64,000 nt of DNA from Patescibacteria group bacterium (GTDB taxonomy: Bacteria; Patescibacteriota; Patescibacteriia; JACRDY01): the NCBI GenBank assembly GCA_041671565.1, contig JBAZBH010000003.1, forward strand, positions 572 through 64,571, written 5' to 3'. This document shows positions 37,423-47,654 of the stretch, piece by piece. The notes under the pieces are model-generated. The model did not search any database. It was not told the DNA's origin and was given only the letters and a program-made list of their open reading frames with translations. Each line of letters opens with the position of its first letter. Within the stretch, counting starts at the first letter, position 1. Made by a program: the position numbers and the translations under genes.

Positions 37423-38474
37423 ATGAATAAACAGTTAGTTAATTATGATCAAATTATCTCAATAGATAACCTCCTAGCTGCTTGGCGAGGATTTATTACT
37501 GATAAGAAATCACGGCCGGATGTTCAAGAGTTCTCCTTAAAACTGATGGATAATATTTTTCAGCTCCACGACGAATTGTCATCCGGCCGTTATCGCCACG
37601 GCCCTTATTCAACTTTCCATATTTATGACCCTAAACATAGGGTTATCAGCAAGGCATTGGTTAGAGATAGGTTAGTCCACCATGTAGTTTTTAATGAGCT
37701 TTATCGCATTTTTGATCCCGTATTCATTTACCATTCCTATTCTTCCCGGGTCGCTAAGGGCACACATTTGGCGGTTCTTAACTTATTCCATTGCCTGCGC
37801 CAAGTCAGCCATAATTACACCCAGACCGTCTATATCCTCAAATGCGATGTTAAAAAGTTCTTCTGGAGTGTGAATCACCAGAAGCTTTTGGCCATAATCC
37901 AAAACAAAATTAAAGACGAGAAGTTCTTTTGGCTAATCAACGAGATAATAGGTAGTTTTTCGTCGGCAGGTGAAATTGCTAAGGGGGGGGGGGATTAAAG
38001 GGACTGCCCATTGGCAATGCTACTTCGCAGATTTTTGCTAACATATATTTAAATCAACTAGATCAATTTATTAAGCATCGACTTAAAGCCCAGCACTATT
38101 TTCGCTACGCCGATGACTTTGTTATTGTTAATAAAAGTTCGGATGATTTAAACTCCACCTTAACACAAATTAGAGAGTTTTTACAGCGGGAATTATTACT
38201 CGAGCTTCATCCCGGCAAGGTTTCCATTCAAAAGTTTAGGCAAGGCGTAGATTTCCTTGGCTATGTTATTTTGCCGCGTTATCTTGTCCTGCGGACTAAA
38301 ACCAAAAAACGGATGCTAAAGAAAATTCCTTTGAGAAAGTTGGCGTTAGAGCAGGGTTTAATTACCCCAGAATCATTTAACCAATCTTTGCAGTCATATT
38401 TGGGAATTTTAAAGCACTGCCGGGGACGCAAGATAGAGCAAATAATACGGAGAATTATTGATTTACAGCCATAG
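37423..38474 (+). CDS. DGR reverse transcriptase, reading frame interrupted by a +1 shift at an 11-G tract
   Basis: RT motifs across two frames: RHGPY..FHIYDPKHRVIS..RDRLVHH (frame 1) then GLPIGNATSQIFANIYLNQLD and YFRYADDFVIV (frame 0, to 38474); the two frames join at the G11 run at 37983-37993. Confidence 0.75.
37983..37993 (+). repeat. poly-G homopolymer (11 nt) inside the RT gene
   Basis: 9 or 12 G would give a continuous ~350-aa RT; 11 G truncates it after ...IAKGGGD. Confidence 0.9.
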
Positions 38475-39617
<1,143 letters not shown>

Positions 39618-39644
39618 GAATGTCGGTATCCGGTGTTTAAACCT

Positions 39645-39772
39645 CTAACCACGGTTAAAATGCCCAATGACCAAATCCCAATGTCCAATCAATGCCCAAT
39701 GACCAAAGGTGGTAATTGGACATTGGTCATTGAAATTTGATTGGTCATTGGAGCTTGGGCATTGGGCATTAT
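39645..39772. repeat. intergenic palindromic repeat, ccaatgacc family
   Basis: See 5741-5875. Confidence 0.5.
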
Positions 39773-39896
39773 TCTTAAATTTTTTCTATAAAAAAACCGC
39801 CCTACGGCCATCCGCGGGGTATTTTTAGTTAGTCCGCCAAGTTACCGCCGGTCGGCTATTTAAAGTTCGCTCTTTTTGTGTTAAAATAAAATCGCC

Positions 39897-40265
39897 ATGA
39901 AAAGTCAAAATCTACTCTTACTTTCAGGTAAATTTATCGCCAAAGACATCGTTGGTAATGTTTTATATTGGCCAGTTTGGTGGTATTCCGCCGGACTGGC
40001 GATTTTTGTTAAAGAGCGCTGGCAGAGCCTGCGGGATTTTGAAGGTGAAGTGGGGCTGACAGTTTGGATTGTTAACTGGTTCAAGCCAATGTATGGCGAG
40101 TCAGATCTGGTTGGCAAGGCGATCAGTTTTGTCATGCGGACGGTGATGATTGTTTTTAAGGCTTGGCAAATCGCGCTTTATTTCTTTTGCCAGGTGGCGG
40201 TGGTGGCTATCTGGCTACTTTTGCCGCCGGTCGCGGTTTGGCAGGTGGTTAAAGGGTTGATTTAA
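39897..40265 (+). CDS. hypothetical small membrane protein
   Basis: Three hydrophobic segments; no family recognised. Confidence 0.35.
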   Translation: MKSQNLLLLSGKFIAKDIVGNVLYWPVWWYSAGLAIFVKERWQSLRDFEGEVGLTVWIVNWFKPMYGESDLVGKAISFVMRTVMIVFKAWQIALYFFCQVAVVAIWLLLPPVAVWQVVKGLI

Positions 40266-40267
40266 AT

Positions 40268-40395
40268 AAGTATTCAGGGATCAGTATTCAGTATTCAGGG
40301 AACTATATCCGCGAACGGTGAATTTGAATCCCTCCCTGATCCCCGAATACTGTTCCCTGAATACTAATGCTTGAATACTGTTCCCTGAATACTCA
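40268..40395. repeat. palindromic repeat, gaatactgttccctgaatact family (copy 2)
   Basis: See 13965-14060; immediately upstream of the clpC-like gene. Confidence 0.65.
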
Positions 40396-40401
40396 TTCAA
40401 T

Positions 40402-43188
40402 ATGGTTGATAAAATTCAAAAATCCAACTTCTTCCCCGTGGTCTGCCCCGACTGCGGCGGGCGCGGTTGTCCCGGTTGCCATGAACTGGGCCTGCTTTAC
40501 TGGTATTCTGACCTGGACCCGGACCAGCCGGAGCAGTATATTCTGGCTTGGCATAAAGCGATTGACTGGCAGCATATCGCAGGGCGCCAGATCGAGTTTT
40601 GGTTTATCAAAATTGTCAGTTTTTTACTCTTGGTTTTTGGCGCTCTGGGGCTGATCGCCGGCCTCTGGTGGCTCGGTGAAATAATTATCTCGCCGGGTTT
40701 AAGTTTATCCGACCAGCTGGATTTTTGGGGCAAGAGGGAATTCGGCGGTGACGGCCGAGTGGAGTTTTTTTGGCTCAGTATTCTCATTGATTTATATTCA
40801 TATTATCGCTATGCCCGAGCGAGCCGAGTCAGAAGCCAGGTGATTAAAAAAGTTTGGCATGAGGGCGCGCCGGCGGTTGAGGGCGCGGCGCTGGCGGCGC
40901 CGGCTTGGTCCACGGTGGTTGATTCTCCAGCCGAGAAGATTGATATTAGTTTAAGTTATGATCCGGAAGCGCTGAAAGCCGTGGAGCAAGCTTGGCGGAT
41001 TGCCAAAAACTGGCATCACGCCGAAGTTTTGCCGATTCACCTTTTGGCCGGATCTTTTAGCAGTAAAAAGCTGGGGGTGATTTTTGGCCGGTTGGGCGCG
41101 GACTGGGAAAAGTTGGCAAGTGGAGTTAAAACCACTTTAAGCAAAATTCCCCGCGGAGCGGCTAGCCCGGTCCTCTCACTTAGCTTTAAAAAAGTTTTGT
41201 TTGCCGCTTATCAAGAAGCCTACCTGGGGCGCCAAGCTAAGGTGACGATCGCCGAACTTTTGATGGCGATTGACAGCGAGAAAAGCTCGGCCGCGAGCCT
41301 GCTTTATAATCTGGAAATCGAAAACGACCAAATCCGCAATGTCGTGGTTTGGCTGCAGATTAATGATAAATTGCGTCGCCAGTGGCAGAAATATCATCGC
41401 CTGGGCCATCGGCGGCCGCGGGGCGAGGTCAACAAGTCCTATACCGCCGTGATGACCCAGTATTTGGACAAATTTGCCGTTGATTTGACGCGCCAGGCCG
41501 CTTACGGGCTGTTTCCGGCGAGCATCGGCCAGGAAGAGGAAATTGATGAAGTTTTCCGGGTTTTACAGGGCAGCAGCGAGAGTGTGATTTTGATTGGTTG
41601 GGCGGGCGTGGGCAAGACGACAATTCTCGAAGAAATTGCCCAGCGGATGATTGCCGACGAAGTGCCAAAAATTCTGCAAGATAAAAGGCTAGTGTCGCTG
41701 AGTGTGCCGAAATTGACGGCCGGCGCCACGCCGGCGGAAGCCAATCAGCGGCTCCTGCGGATTTTCGATGAAATCCAGCGCGCCGGCAATGTGATTTTGG
41801 TGATCGAAGAAGTGCATGATTTGGTCGGCATCTCCACCGGCACCGAAGAAAGCTTGGATCTCGCCGAAGCGTTAATCAATTATTTAGCCAAATACCGAGT
41901 TTCCGCCATTACCACCACCACACCCAAAGATTACAGTTATTTGGAAGCGAAAACCAGCCTCGGCAATTATTTACATAAAATCACTGTTGACGAACCGCAG
42001 GGCAATGAGGCGATTCAGATTGTGGAGAGCCGGATCGGGCCGATTGAATACACCAATAAAGTTTTCTTTTCTTATGCCGCGGTAGCCGCCTCAGTCACTC
42101 TTTCCACCCGCTATATCCATGAGCGGTATCTGCCGGCAAAAGCGATTGATCTTCTGAAAGAAGCGGCCGTCCAAACCGCCGGCAGCCGTGGCCGTGGCGC
42201 GACCGTCATGCCCGAAGATGTGGCTTTGGTAGTTTCACAGAAAACCAAAATTCCCCTGACTAAAATCGGCGCCGCGGAGTCCAAAAAACTGGTTAACCTG
42301 GAAGCGGAAATCCATGAGCGGATGGTGGACCAAGCCGAGTCAGTCAAAGAAGTGGCGGCGGCGCTCCGCCGGGCGCGCGCCGGTCTCCGCGACCAGAAGC
42401 GGCCGATTGCCAATTTTCTGTTCCTCGGCCCCACCGGCGTCGGCAAAACCGAGCTCGCCAAAACCATTGCCGAAGTCTATTTTGGCAGTGAAACCAACAT
42501 GGTCCGTTTAGACATGTCCGAATATCAAACCAAAGAAAGCCTTTACCGCTTGATCGGCGCGCCCACCGGCGAGCAGGCCGGCGGTTATCTGACCGAGGCG
42601 ATTCGCCGCCAGCCCTTTGCTTTGGTGCTTTTTGACGAAGTAGAAAAGGCGCACCCGGATATTCTTAACTTGTTTCTCCAAGTCATGGATGACGGCCGCC
42701 TGACTGACAACGCTGGGCGGACGGTGGACTTTACCAACGCGATTATTATCATGACCTCGAATGCCGGCACCAAATATATTCAGGAGCAAGTTAAGGCCGG
42801 CGTGGATATGGCAGCGATCAGAGCCGAGATGATCAATAACCGCCTCGGCGAGTTCTTCCGGCCGGAGTTTCTCAACCGTTTTGACGCCATCAATGTCTTT
42901 AAACCGTTAACCATCGCCGAGGTCAATCAAATTGCCAGTCTAATGATCAAAAAAGCCGCCAAGAATCTCCTGCAAGACGGGGTGGAGTTAGAGGTGACTC
43001 CAGCCGCGGTCGCTGAGCTCGCCGCCGCCGGCTTTGACCCGCAATTCGGCGCCCGGCCGCTCCGCCGCGTGATTCAGGAGCGGATTGACAATACGCTTGC
43101 CAATTTGAAATTGGAAAATAAGTTTAAAAGGGGGGACAAGGTGGTGTTTGATGTTGGGGGGAAGGTGGAGGTGGTGGGAGGGAATTAA
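40402..43188 (+). CDS. Clp/Hsp100 AAA+ chaperone (ClpC/ClpB-like, two nucleotide-binding domains) with an N-terminal zinc ribbon and transmembrane segments
   Basis: CPDCGGRGCPGC; two hydrophobic helices; Clp-N repeats; Walker A GWAGVGKTT and GPTGVGKTELAK; sensor and C-terminal D2-small domain. Confidence 0.75.
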   Translation: MVDKIQKSNFFPVVCPDCGGRGCPGCHELGLLYWYSDLDPDQPEQYILAWHKAIDWQHIAGRQIEFWFIKIVSFLLLVFGALGLIAGLWWLGEIIISPGLSLSDQLDFWGKREFGGDGRVEFFWLSILIDLYSYYRYARASRVRSQVIKKVWHEGAPAVEGAALAAPAWSTVVDSPAEKIDISLSYDPEALKAVEQAWRIAKNWHHAEVLPIHLLAGSFSSKKLGVIFGRLGADWEKLASGVKTTLSKIPRGAASPVLSLSFKKVLFAAYQEAYLGRQAKVTIAELLMAIDSEKSSAASLLYNLEIENDQIRNVVVWLQINDKLRRQWQKYHRLGHRRPRGEVNKSYTAVMTQYLDKFAVDLTRQAAYGLFPASIGQEEEIDEVFRVLQGSSESVILIGWAGVGKTTILEEIAQRMIADEVPKILQDKRLVSLSVPKLTAGATPAEANQRLLRIFDEIQRAGNVILVIEEVHDLVGISTGTEESLDLAEALINYLAKYRVSAITTTTPKDYSYLEAKTSLGNYLHKITVDEPQGNEAIQIVESRIGPIEYTNKVFFSYAAVAASVTLSTRYIHERYLPAKAIDLLKEAAVQTAGSRGRGATVMPEDVALVVSQKTKIPLTKIGAAESKKLVNLEAEIHERMVDQAESVKEVAAALRRARAGLRDQKRPIANFLFLGPTGVGKTELAKTIAEVYFGSETNMVRLDMSEYQTKESLYRLIGAPTGEQAGGYLTEAIRRQPFALVLFDEVEKAHPDILNLFLQVMDDGRLTDNAGRTVDFTNAIIIMTSNAGTKYIQEQVKAGVDMAAIRAEMINNRLGEFFRPEFLNRFDAINVFKPLTIAEVNQIASLMIKKAAKNLLQDGVELEVTPAAVAELAAAGFDPQFGARPLRRVIQERIDNTLANLKLENKFKRGDKVVFDVGGKVEVVGGN

Positions 43189-43218
43189 TAATTAAAAATT
43201 AAGAATTAAGAATTAAAA

Positions 43219-43355
43219 TGTCCAATATCCAAGCCCCAATGACCAATAACTCCCTGGTTCGGGTTTTAAACTTTTAACTTTTGAACTTGATTGGGATTTG
43301 AAAATTGGTCATTGATTGGTTATTGGGATTTGGTCATTGGTCATTAATCACAAGA
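43219..43355. repeat. intergenic palindromic repeat, ccaatgacc family
   Basis: See 5741-5875; overlaps the 5' end of the ORF called at 43305, which argues for the later start. Confidence 0.5.
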
Positions 43356-43361
43356 TTATTC

Positions 43362-44486
43362 ATGCTTGGTTTATATATTAATTATTTCCTCGCCTTCTCC
43401 GCCGCGTTCATCCTGGCGGTTGTTTTTACTTGGGCGGCGCGGGCTTTGGCGCTTCACTGGGGAGTCGTTGACCGGCCGGACGGCGGGCGGAAGTTGCACT
43501 TGGAGCCGGTGCCGCTGCTCGGCGGACTCGGAGTTTTTTTGGCTTTTTTCGCGGTGGTGTTTTATTTTGCCTATGGCACTGACATGCTGGTCGGCCAGAA
43601 TATTTTGCTGAAATACCTTTGGGCTTTGCTGGCGGCCGGCGGGCTCCTGATGATCGGCGGCGTTCTGGATGACAAGTTTAATCTCAAGCCGAAGTGGCAG
43701 ATCGTTTGGCCGATACTCGCGATTCTCGCGGTCATCGCCGGCGGCATCGGCGTCAGCAAAATCACCAATCCGTTTGGCGGTTTATTGTATTTGGACCAAT
43801 ATCAGTGGATTTTCTTTTGGCATAACGGCATTGCTTACAAGTTGACATTATTCGCCGATTTGTTAACCTTTTTTTGGCTCCTCGGCATGATGTACACGGT
43901 GAAACTCCTCGACGGGTTGGACGGCCTGGTGTCGGGTTTTGGCGCGATTGGCGCTTTGATTATTTTTCTTCTGTCCACGGCGACCCGTTGGTGGCAGCCG
44001 GACACGGCGCTCCTCGCGATCATTCTTTGCGGGGCAGCCTCCGGGTTTCTGGTCTGGAACCGCCATCCGGCTAAGATTTTCCTAGGCGAAGGCGGGCCGC
44101 TCTTTATTGGTTTTATGCTGGGAGTTTTGTCAATCATCGCCGGCGGCAAAATCGCCACCGCGCTACTGATCATGGGCGTGCCGATCTTGGATGTTCTCTG
44201 GGTGATTTTGCGGCGGCTGTTCTGGGAAAAGAAAAATCCTTTCCGCTCCGCCGACCGCGGCCATTTGCATTTCCGCCTTCTGGATATCGGCCTATCGCAC
44301 CGCCAAGCAGTCTGGGTGCTCTACCTTTTTGCCGCCGGGTTTGGCTCACTCGCGCTTTTTCTCCAAAGCCAGGACAAATTGATCGCGCTGGGCGCGGTGG
44401 CGGGGGTGATGATAGTACTCGGTGGAACTTTAGCAGTCGTTAGTCGTGAAAAAAATGTAAAAATAAAAAATCAAAATGGAAAATGA
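43362..44486 (+). CDS. polyprenol-phosphate N-acetylhexosamine-1-phosphate transferase (MraY/WecA family)
   Basis: DRPDGGRKLH..P.LGG, DDKFNLKP, VKLLDGLDGL, NRHPAKIFLGEGG motifs; start uncertain (43305 or 43362). Confidence 0.7.
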   Translation: MLGLYINYFLAFSAAFILAVVFTWAARALALHWGVVDRPDGGRKLHLEPVPLLGGLGVFLAFFAVVFYFAYGTDMLVGQNILLKYLWALLAAGGLLMIGGVLDDKFNLKPKWQIVWPILAILAVIAGGIGVSKITNPFGGLLYLDQYQWIFFWHNGIAYKLTLFADLLTFFWLLGMMYTVKLLDGLDGLVSGFGAIGALIIFLLSTATRWWQPDTALLAIILCGAASGFLVWNRHPAKIFLGEGGPLFIGFMLGVLSIIAGGKIATALLIMGVPILDVLWVILRRLFWEKKNPFRSADRGHLHFRLLDIGLSHRQAVWVLYLFAAGFGSLALFLQSQDKLIALGAVAGVMIVLGGTLAVVSREKNVKIKNQNGK

Positions 44487-44600
44487 CAATGAAAAATGTA
44501 AAATTAGTTCTTTACCCCTGATACCCCGGCTTATAGTAAGTAGTCAATCTACTAGACATTTTTAATTTTAAATTGTCATTTTCCATTTTGATTTTTCCAT
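44445..44600. repeat. AT-rich palindrome family gtcattttccattttgattttt
   Basis: See 15527-15660. Confidence 0.5.
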
Positions 44601-44614
44601 TTTCAATTATTTCT

Positions 44615-46270
44615 ATGCCTGCCTGTAAAAACTGCCAATCCGCCTTCACTATCTATCCCGAGGATATTAAGTTCTACGGCCGGATTGGCGTGCCCGAGCC
44701 GACACTCTGTCCGGATTGCCGAGCGCAAGAACGGCTGGCTTGGCGCTCGGAGCGGAGCTTACACTATCGGCAGTGCGATCTCTGCGGCCGCGATCATATG
44801 TCCAGTTACGCTGAGAGTGCGCCGTTCCCGGTATATTGTTTGGATTGCTGGTATTCGGATAAATGGGACCAACTGCAAAACGGCCGGGAGTTTGATTTTA
44901 ATCGGCCATTTTTTCCGCAATTTCACGAGCTACAACTACTTTCTCCGCGCGGCAGCCTATTTGTCAGCCAAGGCACGATTTTTAACAGCGATTACACCAA
45001 TACTGTCACCAATGTCAAAAATTGTTATCTGATTTTTGGCAGCAATGATTGCGAGGATTGCTATTATTCCAGTTTTCTCAAGAAATGTTTCAGCGTTAGC
45101 GATTGCACCGAAGTCTATCAATCGGAAAAATGTTATGACTCGGTTAATTGCGAGCAGTGTTATAATGTCGTCGGTTCCAATAATTCCCGCGGTTGCCGCG
45201 ACAGCGCTTTCCTCGAAGATTGTTCCGGCTGTTCTGACTGCTTTGGTTGCGTTAACCTCCGCAACCAGAAATTTTGCCTCTGGAATGAGCAACTGTCAGA
45301 ATCGGAATATCGCCGCCAGGTAGGGGAAATAGACTTGCATTCCCGTAAAGCGTATGAAAGGAATTGGGATATCTTCAATCAGTTGAGAATCGCCAAAGGC
45401 GTGTATAAATATTATCACGGCGTGCAAAATATCAATTCAACCGGGGATTATCTCTCGCGTTGTAAAAATGCCTTTCATGCTTTTGATTGCTACGATGTCG
45501 AAGATTGCCGCTATGTTACCCGGTTAACCGGCTCAAAGGATTGTTTTGATGTCGACCATTTCGGCTGGGCCGGGCTGGAGTCAGTTTATTACAGCGCCAG
45601 TTGTGGCAACAGCGCCAGTAATTTAAAGTTTGTCAGCCAAGTTTGGGGTAGTTGCCGTAATATAGAGTATTCTAATCTTTGCCTTAACAATTGCCACGAC
45701 TGCTTTGGTTGTGTGGCACTGACGCATAAACAATTCTGTATTTTTAACCGGCAATATGAGGAAGAAGAATACCTAAAATTAAAAGAGAAGATTATTGAGC
45801 ACATGAAAAAGTCCGGCGAGTACGGCCAGTTTTTTCCGAAAAGCTTTTCTCATGTGCCATACCACGATTCACTGGCTCAAGATTATTATCCGTTGACCGC
45901 CGAACAGGCGCAAGAGCAGGGTTGGCGCTGGGAAGAAGAGGATAAGAAATATCAACCGGCCACGGTGCAACTGCTGGATAATTTAGCTGAAGTTAAAGAC
46001 GAGATTATTAAAGAGGTTTTAGTTTGTGCCGAGTGCGGGCGGAATTATAAGATTGTTAGCCAGGAGTTAAAAGTTTATCGGGCAATGGACCTGCCCTTGC
46101 CAGCCAAATGTTTTGATTGCCGCCTGCGAACCAGACTAAACCGAAAGAATCCACGGCGATTTTATAATCGGCAATGCGCCAAATGCGGCACGGAAATCAA
46201 AACCACCTACGCTCCCGACCGGCCGGAGAAGGTTTATTGCGAGGAGTGCTACCGCAAGGAAATATACTAA
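44615..46270 (+). CDS. Cys-rich paralog 1 (about 550 aa): conserved zinc-ribbon-like N and C termini, variable CxxC-rich centre
   Basis: N-terminus MPACKNCQSAFTIYPEDIKFYGRIGVPEPTLCPDCR; C-terminus ...RPEKVYCEECYRKEIY; both shared with the genes at 58922 and 60673. Confidence 0.6.
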   Translation: MPACKNCQSAFTIYPEDIKFYGRIGVPEPTLCPDCRAQERLAWRSERSLHYRQCDLCGRDHMSSYAESAPFPVYCLDCWYSDKWDQLQNGREFDFNRPFFPQFHELQLLSPRGSLFVSQGTIFNSDYTNTVTNVKNCYLIFGSNDCEDCYYSSFLKKCFSVSDCTEVYQSEKCYDSVNCEQCYNVVGSNNSRGCRDSAFLEDCSGCSDCFGCVNLRNQKFCLWNEQLSESEYRRQVGEIDLHSRKAYERNWDIFNQLRIAKGVYKYYHGVQNINSTGDYLSRCKNAFHAFDCYDVEDCRYVTRLTGSKDCFDVDHFGWAGLESVYYSASCGNSASNLKFVSQVWGSCRNIEYSNLCLNNCHDCFGCVALTHKQFCIFNRQYEEEEYLKLKEKIIEHMKKSGEYGQFFPKSFSHVPYHDSLAQDYYPLTAEQAQEQGWRWEEEDKKYQPATVQLLDNLAEVKDEIIKEVLVCAECGRNYKIVSQELKVYRAMDLPLPAKCFDCRLRTRLNRKNPRRFYNRQCAKCGTEIKTTYAPDRPEKVYCEECYRKEIY

Positions 46271-46372
46271 GGGATCAGGGAACAGTATGCAGTATTCAGG
46301 GGTTCTTATTTGCCGTCCGTGGATATAGCCCCTGAATACTGAATACTGTTCCCTGAATACTAATTATTAAAA
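46271..46372. repeat. palindromic repeat, gaatactgttccctgaatact family (copy 3)
   Basis: See 13965-14060; directly 3' of Cys-rich paralog 1. Confidence 0.65.
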
Positions 46373-46378
46373 ATATCT

Positions 46379-47626
46379 ATGTACAATAAACGAACTCTAC
46401 CCAGCGGCCTCACCGTCCTCACCGCGCCGCTCCGCGAGACCCAGACCGTCACGGTTTTGCTTTTAGTCAAAGTCGGCTCGCGCTATGAGGAGAAGACGAG
46501 CAACGGCTACTCGCATTTTCTGGAGCATTTGATGTTTAAGGGCACGACGAAACGGCCATCAACTTTGGTTCTCAGCCGCGAGTTGGATGCCGTTGGCGCG
46601 GATTACAACGCCTTTACCGGCAAGGACCACACCGGCTATTACATTAAAGTTAACGCCGCCAAGTTGGAGCTGGCTTTAGATCTACTTGCCGACATGATTT
46701 TTAATTCGCTCTACGACGGGGCGGAGATTGAACGCGAAAAAGGCGTGATTGGCGAGGAAATCAATATGTACCAGGATAATCCGCTGATGTTTGTGGAAGA
46801 CATGGCCGAGGAAATGATTTTTAGCGGCAACCACTTGGGCTGGTTGATTAGTGGCAGTAAACAGACAGTTCAGGCCGCCAGCCGGCAGAAACTGCTCGCT
46901 TATCGCAGCCAGTTTTACCAGCCGGCGAATATGGTTTTGACGCTCGCGGGTAAAGTGAATCCCGGCGCAAATAAACTGATTAACAAATACTTTGGCGGCG
47001 AAACGGAAAAACACCAGCCGAAAAAGTTTGAGGCTTTTAAAACCAAGCAAACCGCGCCGCGGATTAAAAACTTAAACAAAAAAACCGATCAAGTGCAGGC
47101 GGTTATAGGTTGGCCCGGGATCGGTTACGACCACCCGGATGTCTACGCCGCTTATCTTCTCGCAATAATTCTCGGCGGCAATATGAGCTCGCGGCTGTTT
47201 ATTGAGGTGCGGGAACGGCGAGGGCTGTGTTACTACATTCGGGCGATGAATAATGTTTATCAAGACACCGGCTGTTTTCTGATCCAGGCTGGCCTCGACA
47301 AAAAGCGCGTGCCTGAGGCGGTTAAAGTTATTCTTGGTGAAGTGGAAAAATTGAAAAACCAAGCCGTCAAGCCGGACGAACTGAAACGGGCGCAGGAGTT
47401 TCTCCGCGGCAAGCTGGCAATTGAGCTGGAAGACTCGGAAAAGCTGGCTGACTGGTATGGCAAGCAAGAGTTGCTCTCCGGCGAGGCGCTGGCGCCGGAA
47501 GAAAAGATTAAAAAGATTTTGGCGGTTAAGCCCGGTGATATCAGCCGCCTTGCCAAAAAACTGCTGGTAAAATCAAGATTAAATATCGCGACGATTGGCG
47601 GACCGCAACGGTTGCGGCTAAGCTAG
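46379..47626 (+). CDS. M16 family zinc metallopeptidase (pitrilysin/insulinase-like)
   Basis: Inverted zincin motif HFLEHLMFKGT (HxxEH). Confidence 0.75.
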   Translation: MYNKRTLPSGLTVLTAPLRETQTVTVLLLVKVGSRYEEKTSNGYSHFLEHLMFKGTTKRPSTLVLSRELDAVGADYNAFTGKDHTGYYIKVNAAKLELALDLLADMIFNSLYDGAEIEREKGVIGEEINMYQDNPLMFVEDMAEEMIFSGNHLGWLISGSKQTVQAASRQKLLAYRSQFYQPANMVLTLAGKVNPGANKLINKYFGGETEKHQPKKFEAFKTKQTAPRIKNLNKKTDQVQAVIGWPGIGYDHPDVYAAYLLAIILGGNMSSRLFIEVRERRGLCYYIRAMNNVYQDTGCFLIQAGLDKKRVPEAVKVILGEVEKLKNQAVKPDELKRAQEFLRGKLAIELEDSEKLADWYGKQELLSGEALAPEEKIKKILAVKPGDISRLAKKLLVKSRLNIATIGGPQRLRLS

Positions 47627-47654
47627 CCATTTGCTATACTAGTGTGGAATTATT

